From NCBI RefSeq assembly GCF_003918875.1, contig NW_025767597.1:124001-188000 (forward strand): 64,000 nucleotides of DNA. The letters are read 5' to 3'. A program made the translations under genes and the position numbers. Source of the stretch: Haliotis rubra. Lineage: Eukaryota. Shown here piece after piece: positions 24,401-37,624 of this stretch (position 1 is its first letter; the number at the start of each line of letters is the position of its first letter). The notes beneath the pieces are model-generated. The model was given only the letters and a program-made list of their open reading frames with translations. It was not told the DNA's origin and did no database searches.

Positions 24401-24511
24401 ATTTATCAATCCTATTTCTTTGTCTGTGGCAACAGTTACAGAAACAGACTGACTGTGTGTACATTGCACATACAAGGAACAGAGAATAACGAGCACACGT
24501 CTCACATCCAT
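15481..24511 (-). CDS. HPSE-like: Heparanase-like GH79 copy C, 10 exons; intron-2 acceptor mutated and LINE in intron 4 (possibly non-functional)
   Basis: Exons 24327-24511, 24054-24184, 23682-23855, 23372-23543, 19329-19379, 18105-18305, 17168-17282, 16342-16454, 15900-16040, 15481-15634. Exons open; acceptor before exon 3 reads GAA instead of GAG (23856); intron 9 has a GC donor. Confidence 0.85.
16934..17070. repeat. 21-bp minisatellite, ~6.5 copies, gene C intron 7
   Basis: Unit cacagtacaatgcccaggtca with variants. Confidence 0.9.
17430..17545 (+). mobile_element. Short tRNA-like SINE relic, family 4 (also ~15218-15300 and ~31495-31615)
   Basis: B box GGTTCGAATCC followed by shared ggatggg...actagaa...gtaat(c/t)ccaaatataa in three places. 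Confidence 0.55.
17694..17815. mobile_element. Small MITE (~120 bp; duplicate at ~31773-31894)
   Basis: Imperfect TIRs caggg...cctttcacaaagc / gcttcgtgaaagg...ccctg. Confidence 0.55.
19431..19661 (-). mobile_element. SINE family 2 copy in gene C intron 4
   Basis: Family-2 body; orthologous copy in gene D at 33389-33620, so it predates the C/D duplication. Confidence 0.8.
19726..23267 (-). mobile_element. Near full-length non-LTR retrotransposon (L2/CR1-group LINE, APE endonuclease + RT), frameshifted
   Basis: ORFs 21035-22660 (LTETWL, GGGVA, YRPP, GDFN, SDH; NYRPVSNL), 20203-21033 ([24 protein letters not shown]) and 19787-20089 (WNSLP). (TTA)n tail at ~19726-19738; imperfect TSD cagtagcatatatta / cagtatcatacatatta; empty site in copy D at ~33670-33685. 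Confidence 0.93.
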
Positions 24512-25863
24512 GGTGTCAGCAGTAAACTAAATCAGATAAAAACGTTTTCTTTTAATCTGGAGCACTGACCTCGAGTCGAGGACACATTGCTGATAAACGA
24601 TATAATTAAAAGTAGTTGGCCTGAAATAGAAACTTTAGGTCAGAACTGTGCATCAAAGGTCATCCATATAAACTTCAGTATACAGCATTGTTATTCTGAT
24701 TCCAAAAGTTTACTAGGTTGCATATCAGGTAGTGTTTCTCACGAAACGATGACAGTGCAATGATTCGATGCATTTCCTTTGTTCCGTGGGGAGTCAAAGT
24801 CAGCAGCACAATAATGATGGTTTTCAAATTTATGATATATAGTAGCCATTTCAATGGGCACAAACTGTTTCTTCATGTATGTGAACCTGAATTCAAATAT
24901 AAAGCAAAGTAATTTAGGCAAGACGTTTAACTTGCCCTTCGATGAGCTGATGATCAATAACTATTACATAGGCACTTGCCTTGTACTACTTTACTCATCT
25001 GAACTGCCAAGACAGAAAACCAGTAAGACTGTCTCATCTGTTCCATATTCATATCCATGTGTAAAGATTCAGTGAGATAAAAACTCTTCAAAAGAGTTTA
25101 TTACTCTTTTGAAGACTTCCATTATTTGTTTGGGTATGTCGAGAAGTATTTCCTGCAGCTCCAGCCAGTGGTGTTAATATTCCACAAGGTTTAAGGTAGA
25201 GACGAGCAAGCTCTTTTTACGAAAACTCCAGAAGCATATATGATAGACACATAAGTGTAGGAAGTTTGGTCCCGTGTATTTTCAGCTGACCAACTGACTA
25301 AAGTAGCATATGTTTATGACGGATGCCACCGACAGGACGCACTCACTTGTTGTGAACACCCGGTAATACTATTTGATAGAGATTCACGTACTCTTGATTT
25401 AGTCGGAATCGTATAATTGACTCTGCTTTGACAGAGATTTATTTATGCATATTCGTATGAATATATATTTGCAATTATCCTTGCATACAGATCTCACAGC
25501 TATTTTGAGTTTTAGGTCCAAAGCAATCTGGATTTTCTTTCGCACTGACATTCTATACATATGGATTTGGGAAGGGTTTTCCCCGTTTCTATTAACATTT
25601 CTCAGTGTAATACAACATAAATGTGTTGCAATTGCAGACGTGTTTTGCAAGATCGTAATATACAGCATGTAGTTTTTTTAACAGTACTTGAGACCACACG
25701 GTTTATGTGTACAAGGAATTATCACAGACCAACCCGATGAAATTCAATGAAACATTATTAATAATCATACACTATGAATGGCAGACGATCTACACCTTCG
25801 AGCTGCTATAACACTCCTGCATACAAGGCACCAGGCCTTTTTCGCCAATCCAGGATCTTCCTG

Positions 25864-25865
<2 letters not shown>

Positions 25866-25913
<48 letters not shown>
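25866..25913. repeat. (TG)n microsatellite
   Basis: ~24 TG units; the paralogous position in the duplicate falls in the gap 35944-36104. Confidence 0.95.
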
Positions 25914-25915
<2 letters not shown>

Positions 25916-26802
25916 CAAGCATGTGTAAGTTCGAATCACAATCATACCATTTGAGTTTTGAGAACCATGTAATTACAAAAGCAGTTCTTTTCTCATTTTT
26001 AGATACATGTACTTTGGTTTACAATATTTTGTCAATGGAATAAAAAAGACATATCGTTAATACTATCCTATGTTTCTTACGCGTGTTATTATCAGTAACA
26101 ACATGTTCCGTGCGTGATGCATTAAAACAGTTCCGATTTATATACTCATAAAACTGTGGCTTATTAGTTGGCAGAAGAACATATTGCAGAAAGTATTTCT
26201 GACAGACTGTTAACAATGAGGGGAGATAACCAACTCCCTTCGAAATGGCTTAAGACTTTACTGGAGAAGTGTGCCCTGCATCTTATCGAATATCAGGTAA
26301 CAGGTTATCTTCCCGTCTACGTTTTCTGCATGTGAATTCTGGCCAAACATCAGCAATTATGAGACCGCAAAAAGGAAATTCTGCAACGGCACTAAGCGCA
26401 ACGAGTCCAAAATATTCACATGAGATCATCTTCAGCTGCCACAGTTAAGATTCTAGGATTATGGACAATGCTGGGCCGAATGGACAATATTAAGCTTCTC
26501 TTCCTGCACAACCCTAGTGAAGCATATCTTCAACCTGGTATATCACCCCTCGCTAGCATAGTACCAGATCCATGATACATGATCTACCCGATGTGGCCAA
26601 CAAATATGAATTATCAGGCGCACAATAGAAATAAATTAAGTCTGGAGAATTTCCATGTAAGGGTTCATGGGAAAGCATGGTACAACAAGCTCTGTGTCTA
26701 AATATATGCAGTGGAGAAAGGCAACAGCGTCAAGATATGCATGGGGTTGGTGATATTCACATCTACCTTGCTCCATATTGACTCTGGAATCTGTGTGTAT
26801 GG

Positions 26803-27045
26803 GGACCCGTGAAGATCCGGGTTAGAATTGGTCTTCAGCAACCCATGCTTGTTGTATGAAGCGACTAACGGAATTTGGTGGTCAGACTCGCTGACTTGGT
26901 TGACACATGTTATCGTATACCAATTGCGTAGATCGATGCTCATTGCGTTGATCACCGGATTGTCTGGTCCAGACTCGATTATTTACCGACCGCCGTCATA
27001 TAGCTGGAATATTGCTGAGTGCGGCGTTAAGCAAACTATCAATCA
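26803..27045 (+). mobile_element. SINE family 2 copy, C-D spacer
   Basis: gacccgtgaagatccgggttagaattggtcttcagcaacccatgc...gctgagtgcggcgttaag; duplicate at 36973-37197. Confidence 0.82.
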
Positions 27046-27528
27046 ATGTAACGTCAGGACATTGTCTATCCTGTAACCGCGTATATGAGGATCAATGACT
27101 TTACTGCGAAGGTTCTCATTGAACAGAGAAATCTTCCTAGTGAGTCTCCATTTAAGTCTCGAATATATCTTCTTTGGGTGGCATTTTAGAAGCTGTAAAG
27201 TACAAAATAGACAAACTTTATAGATAACAAATTCTTTGCGACGTTTCGATACGGATTCTAGCACCTGCTTGGCACTCTCGTAATAAAGACGTTGTTATCC
27301 ATAAAGTTTGTCGATTTTCCATTGTCAGTCGCACTGACCAATGAGGTACTGAAATTGTATGTACCCCCCCAAACTATTGGGAAATAAAGAGTGTTCATTC
27401 ATTATCATAATTATATGACATTGATTCTGTATGGATACGGTCATCTTCGACGCTAAGCACGATTCTCCAGGACAACTCCTCTTTGGATATCATATAGAAG
27501 TAATACACATAAAGGGTGAAAGTGTATA

Positions 27529-28078
27529 TAGTGCGTTTGGCTTAAAAGCGGACCGATGAATTGCAATCTAACTAAAAAACTAATATACATATAATACTCA
27601 ATGAAACGCTGATCATAATCAAAATATCAGACCAACTCTGTGATTTGTTTGCAGAATTTATGTCCTAAAATCAAAAAAGTTATTTAACAAACTATCATTA
27701 CAATATTGACACAGTTCACTATTTGTTACGAGGGAGGAGTGCTGAGAAAGGGACAGCCAGGTGTTAGAGAAGCACGTGCACAAGTGCCGACAAAGTTATT
27801 GATTCATTAACCTGTGCTGTGCCGTCTCCATCCTTTCTCGCACACCCGGCTGTCCCTTTCTCTGCACCCCTCCCGCGTAACAAATAGTGAACTGTGTCGA
27901 TATTTTAATGATAGTTTGTTAAACAACTTTTTTTGTTTTTAGGACATAAATTCTGCAAACACCTCTCAGAGTTGGTGTGACGTTTTCATTATGATCAGTG
28001 TTTCATTGAGTATTTTATGTTTATAAGTTTTCGAGTTAGATTGCAATTCATCGGTCCGCTTTTGAGCCAAACGGACTA
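27529..28078. mobile_element. Fold-back MITE (~550 bp, almost fully palindromic), TA target, Tc1/mariner-type
   Basis: Ends tagtgcgtttggcttaaaagcggaccgatgaattgcaatctaact / agttagattgcaattcatcggtccgcttttgagccaaacggacta; arms ~245 bp; TA on both sides. Confidence 0.88.
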
Positions 28079-28374
28079 TAGACGCCAACTTCTTTAACAT
28101 GAATGACACGACTCACAGTACTTCACCTGATGAGTCAGTAAGAATATATTGCGATTCGTGTCCCTCACATAACAGAAGTTGACATCCATAAGTGTTCACC
28201 CTTTCAGGCATTGGTCGGTATTTGCCATATTTAACTCAAACGTACTCGTGTAATATTACCAGTGTACGCTCTTTTACTCCTTGCGTTTGGTTGCATGATA
28301 CAATAAAAAAGCCAACTTTGCATTGGAACTTTGTTTTAGTTCGCTACATATTACATCAAAACTACCAGTCAGCA

Positions 28375-31300
28375 TCACTTGCAGATGTCCACATCAGCAT
28401 CAGGGAACACAACGAATCCGAAGGTCGTGGCTGGCAGCTGGAGGCTCCCACCATACGCTCGTTCAGGGGGCATTTCAGGGATGGTGTCGTTCACATAATC
28501 CAGTCGTTTACCATTAAGAGTCACATTCCTGAAATTACACAGTTAGTGTTATAGAATCGATGTTATTGTTGTGGCATTCTGAGAACGTCCTGGTCACAAA
28601 AACCTATCAGCTATGCAGTTGTTCAATTCAGGCTCGCTCACTTTGTTGGCACGTGTCATCGTATCCCAGTTGCGTAGATCGATGCTTATTCCTGTAAAGA
28701 CTAGGTTGTCTGATGCAGACTCGACTTGTTTACAGACCGCCGCAACATAGCTGTAGACAGAGACAGACAGACAGACAGACACAGACACACAGACAGACAC
28801 ACACACACACAAAGAAAAACAAAACAAAAAACCCAGTTGTTCAATAAGTGCTAGTCACAATGTCTGTTCAACAGCACGAATCACGGTTTATAAGGTAAGA
28901 ACTTTATACACTTTATATAGTGTGTTATATACATGTGTTGTGATTATATTCGTCATGACAAAAATATTGAATGGCGACTCTTTATATAGTGTGTTATATA
29001 CATGTGTTGTGATTATATTCGTCATGACAAAAATATTGAATGGCGACTCCTGTGAATAATGTAAAGGAAAATTATGTAAAAATTGTATGAATGGATCACT
29101 GAAATTTATTCACGTGCTCGCGAAAATAAATAACATCTGTTCTAAGCAAGTATCACGGGTTCGTATACTCGCCTAGAAGTAAGATCTGGGAATTCTGGAC
29201 TGAGCCAGAACACATCCATGTTGGTCTTGAACTGAGGGAAGGTGACGGTGGTGGTGAAGTTGTTGACGTTGACGATATAAGCTACAACGCTGCCTGGTTT
29301 ATATCTGTAGAGACTGAAACAATACATCGTGGACATTGTGAGTAAAGCTGCAAGTTTGTTAAGAAATTACTCAGTTCCTGGTGGCAATAACGCCGGATAT
29401 GTTTCAGATATGGTTATATTTTAATGCAGATATTCATTCTGCAGATGCCGGCGATGAAATATGAACCATCAACATGCCTGCCTCTCATTTATATGTAAAA
29501 ACAGATTACTCATAAACGAAGCAAGGACTAGCGGCAACATCATCACGCCTATGTGAAGGAGATCATGACATGGTCTATACAGCTCATTAATATACTGCAG
29601 CTCGTTTATAAATTAATTATTAAACCAGAGCGGCTACGAGAATGCATCATCGATCAACAGATGCTGAGGAATGTTTTCGACTTTCACTGGCAGAATATCG
29701 CATGTTCTGCTTTGGGCTTAACAAGGTAAAACAATCCATTTCATCTTTCTAATGGAACATGAGACTCGGAGATAATCTTGTTGATTGGGCAGGAAAAAAG
29801 GTTGACGCTAATAAATTAATGTTAATTAGAAAATCCAAAATGGATGCCAGTGGCAGAGTGAAATCAGATCTATAAATGTATATCTCTTAGAAACTGTCGC
29901 AGTTATCTGTTTTTTAGATTCAGAATCCAGAATGGTTAAATCTCAAACAGAATTGACAGGAGCTATCATGCCGTCGTTGTGTCAGTTGTAAAGTATAGCG
30001 TTTTGTTTAATTTCGGATCCAAACATTGTTCAGCGACTCTTCTCGTTTCTTAAGACGAGACTCAATAGTCGGGGTGTTTGTTACCTATAATTTAGATAGT
30101 GCACTAGACTTGACAACCACAAAACGTTTCATATCCGAATTATACATGGGATCCGAACATAAAGACATTTCCTAACGCGAAATGTTTTAGATCCGAAATT
30201 ACACCTGAATCCGAAGCCGCGTAACACTGCGTACTGTGTGCGCCCGGAGTGTACGTCTAAGTACCAGTACGTCTGCTTGTACCATGGCTCTCATGTTTTT
30301 TATTCTGACTGATGAAATATCATCGTCACTAATTATCTCCTGTACCCATTATGACACATTCCAACATACTTTTCCTGTTTTGCACAGTGGGCGTAGACTC
30401 TAAAACTGTTGGTTGAGTTGGTCTGTACAGATAACACCTTGTACCCAACCAGCCTCTTGTAGAGCAATGTCAGATAATAGTCCTGGAAAGTGACACATTC
30501 AGACTTAATATCATACAGCATAAAATACGTGCCATCACATAGTCAAATTTGTGTTATTACTCTTATAGACATGAGCCAGTAGTAAGACACGTGATCAGGA
30601 ACAACACGTGGACACAGGTTTCATTACAAGCCTGAGGGATCCATGTTCGCAGAACGAGTTACAGCAACAGTCCAACATTCGCAACACATCCCCATTCCAT
30701 CCACACTCACACACTCACACATACGTTCACCAGACTAAGTGTAATACTACGTACTACATTTTGGTATCTTGATAGTGATTACGTTCATGGTGAAAGGTAA
30801 TAAAATCCTTTAGTTTCCATTATTACAAGATGTCGCAAATGTATGCAGTGAGGCAGTTGGAAACTGAGGCCTTCAGATAATCGTGTTTAGCTGCTGAATT
30901 TGATGATTCCCCACGCTTCAGCAGAATTCAGTATTTATTCCCTTGTTTCCTGTTGAACGCTTCACACAACAATGCCCAGGTCACACAGTACAATGCCCAG
31001 GTCACACCGAACAATGGTCAGGTCACACCGTGCAATGGTCAGGTCACACAGTACAATGACCAGGGCACACAGTACAATGCCCAGGGCACACAGTACAATG
31101 CCCAGGACACACAGTACAATGCCCAGGTACAATGCCCCAGGTGCATCACTATTACGTGCTCTACAATATATCAGAGGTGAACACTCTGTGGTTCTGCAAA
31201 CCCTAAGGAAACTGAACAAGATAAGTTTTGCACCTACCGGATAGGGTTCAAACGTGTTCATTTCGATGAGAGAATAGTTTAGCCCATAGTACGATTGTCT

Positions 31301-34300
31301 TAACGCCCCTTTAAGTCCGATCCGTGCTGCAATCCCGAGCTTGTCTAACCATCTGAAACATCGACGACAATACCATGTACATGTTCATGTCAATATACAA
31401 ATCATGCTTTGTTTTTGTTTAAATGAGTACATTATCTATACTATGATAGTGTTATAAGCTCCAGGCAGCAGTAACCCAGGGCTATCAATGACTATCAATG
31501 TGTGCGATTAGGTGCCTGACCCTGCAAGTGTGGGTTCGAATCCAGGATGGGACTTGACCCCATAGAAATGTACTAGAATCCGAACATTACTCAGAAGGTG
31601 TAATCCCAAATATAATTTACTGGACACTTTCTAAGAAAGCCTTCTGTTTTCAAACTTATATGTTAGTCATTAACTCGTGTGGTGCACAGTTTACCTGAAT
31701 TATCACACAAACTATGCAAAATATGATGCAATACACATATCTACAACTTCAGGTAAAAGAAGGTTTGTAAACCAGGGCCTCCTTTCACAAAGCACTAATG
31801 TGATCGTAAGTCCCTACGGTAACCTTAGTACAATGTTAAAGAATGGGAGTTAAGGTTATTCTTAGTAAAGGTTGCTTCGTGAAAGGACCCCCCTAACATG
31901 ACCGTTCGTTTTGTTTGAAATATATCCTTAAGTTTTGAGTCTGTGAATTCCGGGACTGCTTTGATTTGTAGGGCACGGTTCTAATGACAAAGTGTTAAAA
32001 GAGCTGACACAATGCATAATGGCGAGTGTACATGTAAGCCATCGTTCCTTGTGCATTTACTGCACTCATAATACCATCCTCCGGTTTTGCTGGTGTACTC
32101 AGCAGATACATTTTGAAAGCATACGAAAAGGAACGTTGACCTTTTGAATACTGACATACTCACAGAAAGCCGGCTACATATCTGTCAGATAGTGCCGGGG
32201 CTCCCCCTCCCGAGAAAGACGATGTCTCACCAAGCAACAATGGAGTGTTGGGGTCGGCAGGGGTGGTGACGTTACGTACAATATCAATGAATGTTATCAG
32301 GCTGTCCATCACTTTGGGGTCGATAAAGGTCTCCACTTTAGCATTGCCCTCGAAGTCGTAGTAACTAAACATTCAATTGATTTCGAAATTAGGTTTTGCA
32401 AAATGTGGTGTTTAAGGTCGCATGCAAAGGCAACAACAAGAACCAGATTTAAACATGACTTACAGTCCGTTTGGCTCAAAAGCGGACCGATGAATTGCAA
32501 TCTAACTCGAAAACTAATAAACATAACATACTCAATGAAACGCTGATCATAATCAAAACATCATACCAACTCTGTGAGGTTTTTGCAGAATTTTTGTCCT
32601 AAAAATAATAAAGTTGTTTAACAAACTATCATTAAAATATTGACACAGTTCACTGTTTGTTACGAGGGAGGAGTGCAGAGAAAGGGACAGCCGGGTGTTC
32701 GAGAAGCACGTTCACAGATAAAGTTATTTATTCATTAACCTGTGCTGTACCGTCTTCATCCGTTCTCGAACACCTGGCTGTCCCTTTCTCTGCACTCCTC
32801 CCTCGTAACAAATAGTGAACTGTGTCAGGACACCTGGGGTCGTCAAAGGGAAATGGAGTAGCCTCTCTTCCCTCTCAAAATAATGTGTGACATAGTTCAG
32901 CGTTGGTCCGGTAGACGTCAGGGCGCGGAGTGTATGCGAGCAATGTTCATATTGGATCGCTACTTTATATAATTCTTACAATCACATAGAACTTCCTAAG
33001 TTCCCAGACACATTTCTTCATTGTTTATGAAAGGCTGACGCAGAAAATTACCAAAATAAATAATAGTGTGTCATTGTTCAGAAAATATTTTTCCGTCGTA
33101 CTATGCCATTAACCTATTGACGGACTAAAATGACCACTTTGAGAAATCCAATTAAGTTCTCTGTTCTCCGTAAAATATTATCCGCATTAGAAAACATCTC
33201 GAACATTTGTGATTTATAAAGTATCTGCTGCCAAATACAACTAAACTAACTATAAGATAAGTAAGACAATGATACAAGACTACTCACTGGTGGAAGGTTA
33301 TCTTGTCTAACGCTTTTCTTCCGTCGCTTTCAAAGAAACTGTAAAAAATATAACATCATTCTCTTCATAATGACCTGCCAAAACTTAAGTGAGTGAGTGA
33401 GTTTAGTTTTACGCCGCACTCAGTAATATTCCAGCTACATGGCGGTGGTCTGTATATAATCGAGTCTAGACCACAATCCCGTGATCAACAGCATCAGCAT
33501 CGATCTACGCAATTGGGATGCGATGACGTGTGTCAACCAAGTCAGTGAGCCCGACCACCCGATCCCGTTATGACATGCATGGTTTACTGAAGACCAATTC
33601 TAACACGGATCTTCTCGGCTTCCAAAACATAAGGTATTAGGACGTACCAGTAGGGGCATGGTATATAATCAGTAGCATATATTACTTATTCTATATCATA
33701 TAAGGTTGTCTCAGAAAAAACATTAATAACAATTATATTAATCACAAGAACGTCTGTTCACTCACGTTTTAAACAGAATTGATTTCGGTCCCGAGATGGC
33801 TGTTACGTCGGGTCCAATAACAAGGGTAGATTCAAACCCAGGAGTAGACTTGAGGATTGCCCTGAGATGGACAAAATCTCGCCCCAGCTGTGCTCCAGAT
33901 ACCGTGTCGGTGAAGGGCGGGGGAAAGTATGCAGGTTCTAGAGAACAACCAGAGAACGTTTTCGTGGTATCAATTTGTAATACACAGAGATGAAGATTCC
34001 AGGAAGATATATTATGGTAAACAAAGATGACATAGCTATGCATATTATCCAGTGAGCTATAGAACATTACAATACCATTTCCCAGTTCAAATGCGGGTAT
34101 CTTGTAGTTCCTGGAATTGGTGTAGTTCATCAGTTCCATGGCATTCGCCGGGTCCCACTGTCCGTGCTTCCGCTTCAGTAAATTTAGGGCAAACACAAGG
34201 TCCCATCCTACAGTCTTCACGAAGTCATTTAGGTTGTCCCACATAGCACCTCAATGATAAAATGAAGAAGTTTATACGTCAGCTGAAAATATCCAGAATA

Positions 34301-34905
34301 TTGCTTGTACTCATATAGTTAGCACAATCATTTGTCATTCATGCATGCTGAACGGTATGAATCAGCTAAGCACTATTTATTTAGTATTGTTATGGCATTA
34401 TAGTAGAGCTGCAAAAACAATATACGACATAGGACATATAGCTATACCGGTGTAAGTGGAGTTTGCACTTGTACCCCCATGACCTGTTGGGTCAAAGGTC
34501 ATAAAATCTCCAGGTGTTCCGCCTATCCGCAGGTAGCACGGAGACATCGCTTTAGCCAGCGTCTGGACTTTAGGTGATCTAGTATTAAAGCAAAGTTTAT
34601 TTTCAAAGTTGCTTTAATATTTATAAACTTCAAAGAATATGCACCATATGAATGTATTTCATTGTAAAACTCAAACACTTAAGAGCTATTAATTTATCTG
34701 TATGAAGTACGCCCACTCACCTGAAATCAAGTCCATACCAATTAGCTGATATTGGTAGCATTGATGAATCAAATGTCACTCCAACGAAATGGTCATTTAT
34801 CAATCCTATTTCTTTGTCTGTGGCAACAGTTACAGAAACAGATTGACTGTGTGTACTTTGCACATACAAGGAACAGAGAATAACGAGCACACGTCTCACA
34901 TCCAT
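28375..34905 (-). CDS. HPSE-like: Heparanase-like GH79 copy D, 10 exons, apparently intact, C/E chimera
   Basis: Exons 34721-34905, 34448-34578, 34076-34249, 33766-33937, 33288-33338, 32164-32364, 31238-31352, 30370-30482, 29173-29313, 28375-28528. ELGN|EP and LLGETSS retained; GC donor at intron 9. Confidence 0.92.
28911..29049. repeat. 69-bp tandem duplication in gene D intron 9
   Basis: ctttatatagtgtgttatatacatg...gaatggcgactc occurs twice; single copy at the equivalent position in E (~38957-39025). Confidence 0.9.
30963..31142. repeat. 21-bp minisatellite, ~8.5 copies, gene D intron 7
   Basis: Same unit as 16934-17070 with a different copy number. Confidence 0.9.
32463..32828. mobile_element. 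Fold-back MITE of the same family, independent insertion, right arm truncated
   Basis: TA|cagtccgtttggctcaaaagcggaccg start; absent from copy C (empty site catgacttagtatg at ~18395-18408). Confidence 0.85.
33389..33620 (-). mobile_element. SINE family 2 copy in gene D intron 4
   Basis: (GAGT)n plus family-2 body; duplicate of 19431-19661. Confidence 0.8.
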
Positions 34906-36972
34906 AGTGTCAGCAGTAAACTAAATCAGATAAAAACGTTTTCTTTTAATCTGGAGCACTGACCTCGAGTCGAGGACACATTGCTGATAAACGACATAAT
35001 TAAAAAGTAGTTGGCCTGAAATAGAAACTTTAGGTCAGAACTGTGCATCAAAGGTCATCCATATAAACTTCAGTATACAGCATTGTTATTCTGATTCCAC
35101 AAGTTTACTAGGTTGCATATCAGTTAGTGTTTCTCACGAAACGATGACAGTGCAATGATTCGATGCATTTCCTTTGTTCCGTTGGGAGTCAAAGTCAGCA
35201 GCACAATAATGATGGTATTCAAATTTATGATATATAGTAGCCATTTCAATGGGCACAAACTGTTTCTTCATGTATGTGAACCTGAATTCAAGTACAAAGC
35301 AAAGTAATTTAGACAAGATGTTTAACTTGCCCTTCGGCGAGCTGATGATCAATAACTATTACATAGGCACTTGCCTTGTACTACTTTACTCATCTGAACT
35401 GCCAAGACAGAAAACCAGTAAGACTGCCTCATCTGTTCCATATTCATATCCATGTGTAAAGATTCGGTGAGATAAAAACTCTTCAAAAGAGTTTGTTACT
35501 CTTGTGAAGACTTCCATTATTTGTTTTGGTATGTCGAGAAGTATTTCCTGCAGCTCCAGCCAGTGGTGTTAATATTCCACAAGGTTTAAGGTAGAGACGA
35601 GCAAGCTCTTTTTACGAAAACTCCAGAAGCATATATGATAGACACATAAGTGTAGGAAGTTTGGTCCCGTGTATTTTCAGCTGACCAACTGACTAAAGTA
35701 GCATATGTTTATGACGGATGCCACCGACAGGACGCACTCACTTGTTGTGAACACCCGGTAATACTATTTGATAGAGATTCACGTACTCTTGATTTACTCG
35801 GAATCGTATAATTGACTCTGCTTTGACAGACATTTATTTATGCATATTCGTATGAATATATATTTGCAATTATCCTTGCATATAGATCTCACAGCTATTT
35901 TGAGTTTTAGGTCCAAAGCAATCTGGATTGCACCAGGCCTTTTNNNNNNNNNNNNNNNNNNNNNNNNNNNNNNNNNNNNNNNNNNNNNNNNNNNNNNNNN
36001 NNNNNNNNNNNNNNNNNNNNNNNNNNNNNNNNNNNNNNNNNNNNNNNNNNNNNNNNNNNNNNNNNNNNNNNNNNNNNNNNNNNNNNNNNNNNNNNNNNNN
36101 NNNNATCACAATCATACCATTTGAGTTTTGAGAACCATGTAATTGCAAAAGCGTTTCTTTTCTCATTTTTAGATACATGTACTTCGGTTTACAATATTTT
36201 GTCAATGGTATAAAACAGACATATCGTTAATACACTCCTATGTTTCCTAAGCGTGTTATTTTCAGTAACAACATGTCCTCCACCCCGTGCGTGATGCATT
36301 AAAACAGTTCCGATTACTATACTCATAAAACTGTGGCTTATAAGTTGGCAGAAGAAACATATTGCAGAAAGCATTTCTGACAGACTGATAACAATGAGGG
36401 GAGATAACCAACTCCCTTCGAAATGGCTTAAGACTTTACTGGAGAAGTGTGCCCTGCATCTTATCGAATATCAGGTAACAGGTTATCTTCCCGTCTACGT
36501 TTTCTGCATGTGAGGTCTGGCCAAATATCAGCAATATTGAGACCGCGAGAAGGAAATTCTGCAACGGTACGGGTACTACGCGCAGCGAGTCCAAAATCTT
36601 CACATGAGATCATCTTCAGCTGCCACAGTTAAGATTCTAGGACTATGGACAATGCTGGGCCGAATGGACAATATTAAGCTTCTCTTCCTGCACAACCCTG
36701 GTGAAGCATATCTTCCATCGGGTATATCACCCCTCCCTAGCATAGTACCAGATCCATGATACATGATACATGATACGATGTGGCCAACAAATATGAATTA
36801 TCAGGCGCACAATAGAAATAAATCAAGTCTGGAGAATTTCCATGTAAGGGTTCATGGGAAAGCATGGTACAACAAGCTCTGTGTCTAAATATATGCAGTG
36901 GAGAAAGGCAACAGCGTCAAGATATTCACATCTACCTTGCTCCATATTGACTCTGGAATCTGTGTGTATGGG

Positions 36973-37197
36973 GACCCGTGAAGATCCGGGTTAGAATTGG
37001 TCTTCAGCAACCCATGCTTGTTGTATGAAGCGACTAACGGAATTGGGTGGTCAGACTCGCTGACTTGGTTGACACATGTCATCGTATCCCAACTGCGTAG
37101 ATCGATGCTCATTGCGTTGATCACCGGATTGTCTTGTCTCCATTATTTACAGACCGCCGTCATATAGCTGGAATATTGCTGAGCAAACTATCAATCA
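36973..37197 (+). mobile_element. SINE family 2 copy, D-E spacer
   Basis: Duplicate of 26803-27045 with small deletions. Confidence 0.8.
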
Positions 37198-37624
37198 ATG
37201 TAACGTCAGGACATTGTCTATCCTGTAACCGCGTATATGAGGATCAATTACTTTACTGCGAAGGTTCTCATTGGACAGAGAAATCTTTCTAGTGAGTCTC
37301 CATTTAAGTCTCGGATATATCTTCTTTGGGTGGCATTTTAGAAGCTGCAAAGTACAAAATAGACAAACTTTATAGATAACAAATTCTTTACGACGTTTCG
37401 ATACGGATTCTTGCACCTGCTTGGCACTCTCGTAATAAAGACGCACTGACCAATGAGGTGATGAAATTGTATGTACCCCCCCCAAACTATTCATTCATTA
37501 TCATAATTATATGACATTGATTCTGTATGGATACGGTCATCTTCGACGCTAAGCACGATTCTCCAGGACAACTCCTCTTTGGATATCATATAGAAGTAAT
37601 ACACATAAAGGGTGAAAGTGTATA

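Noticed and set aside
26230-26600. Possible tyrosine-recombinase (Crypton-like) relic
   Set aside because: Only a vague ATAL...HEII..CH resemblance; catalytic motifs cannot be recovered.
28105-28162. Possible hammerhead ribozyme (gacacga...CTGATGA...tcgtgtc; also ~38204-38261 and cgaaacgtcg near 27240)
   Set aside because: The CUGAUGA box is present but the GAAA core and stem II are missing; at best a decayed Penelope-type relic.
28192-28554. Plus-strand ORFs antisense to exons (e.g. 28192-28554, 38291-38653, 50026-50430, 2790-3092)
   Set aside because: Shadow frames of the minus-strand GH79 exons; their similarity is explained by the duplication.
30953-31261. Repeat-protein ORFs on both strands (also 16869-17236)
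   Set aside because: Translation of a 21-bp intronic minisatellite with variable copy number.
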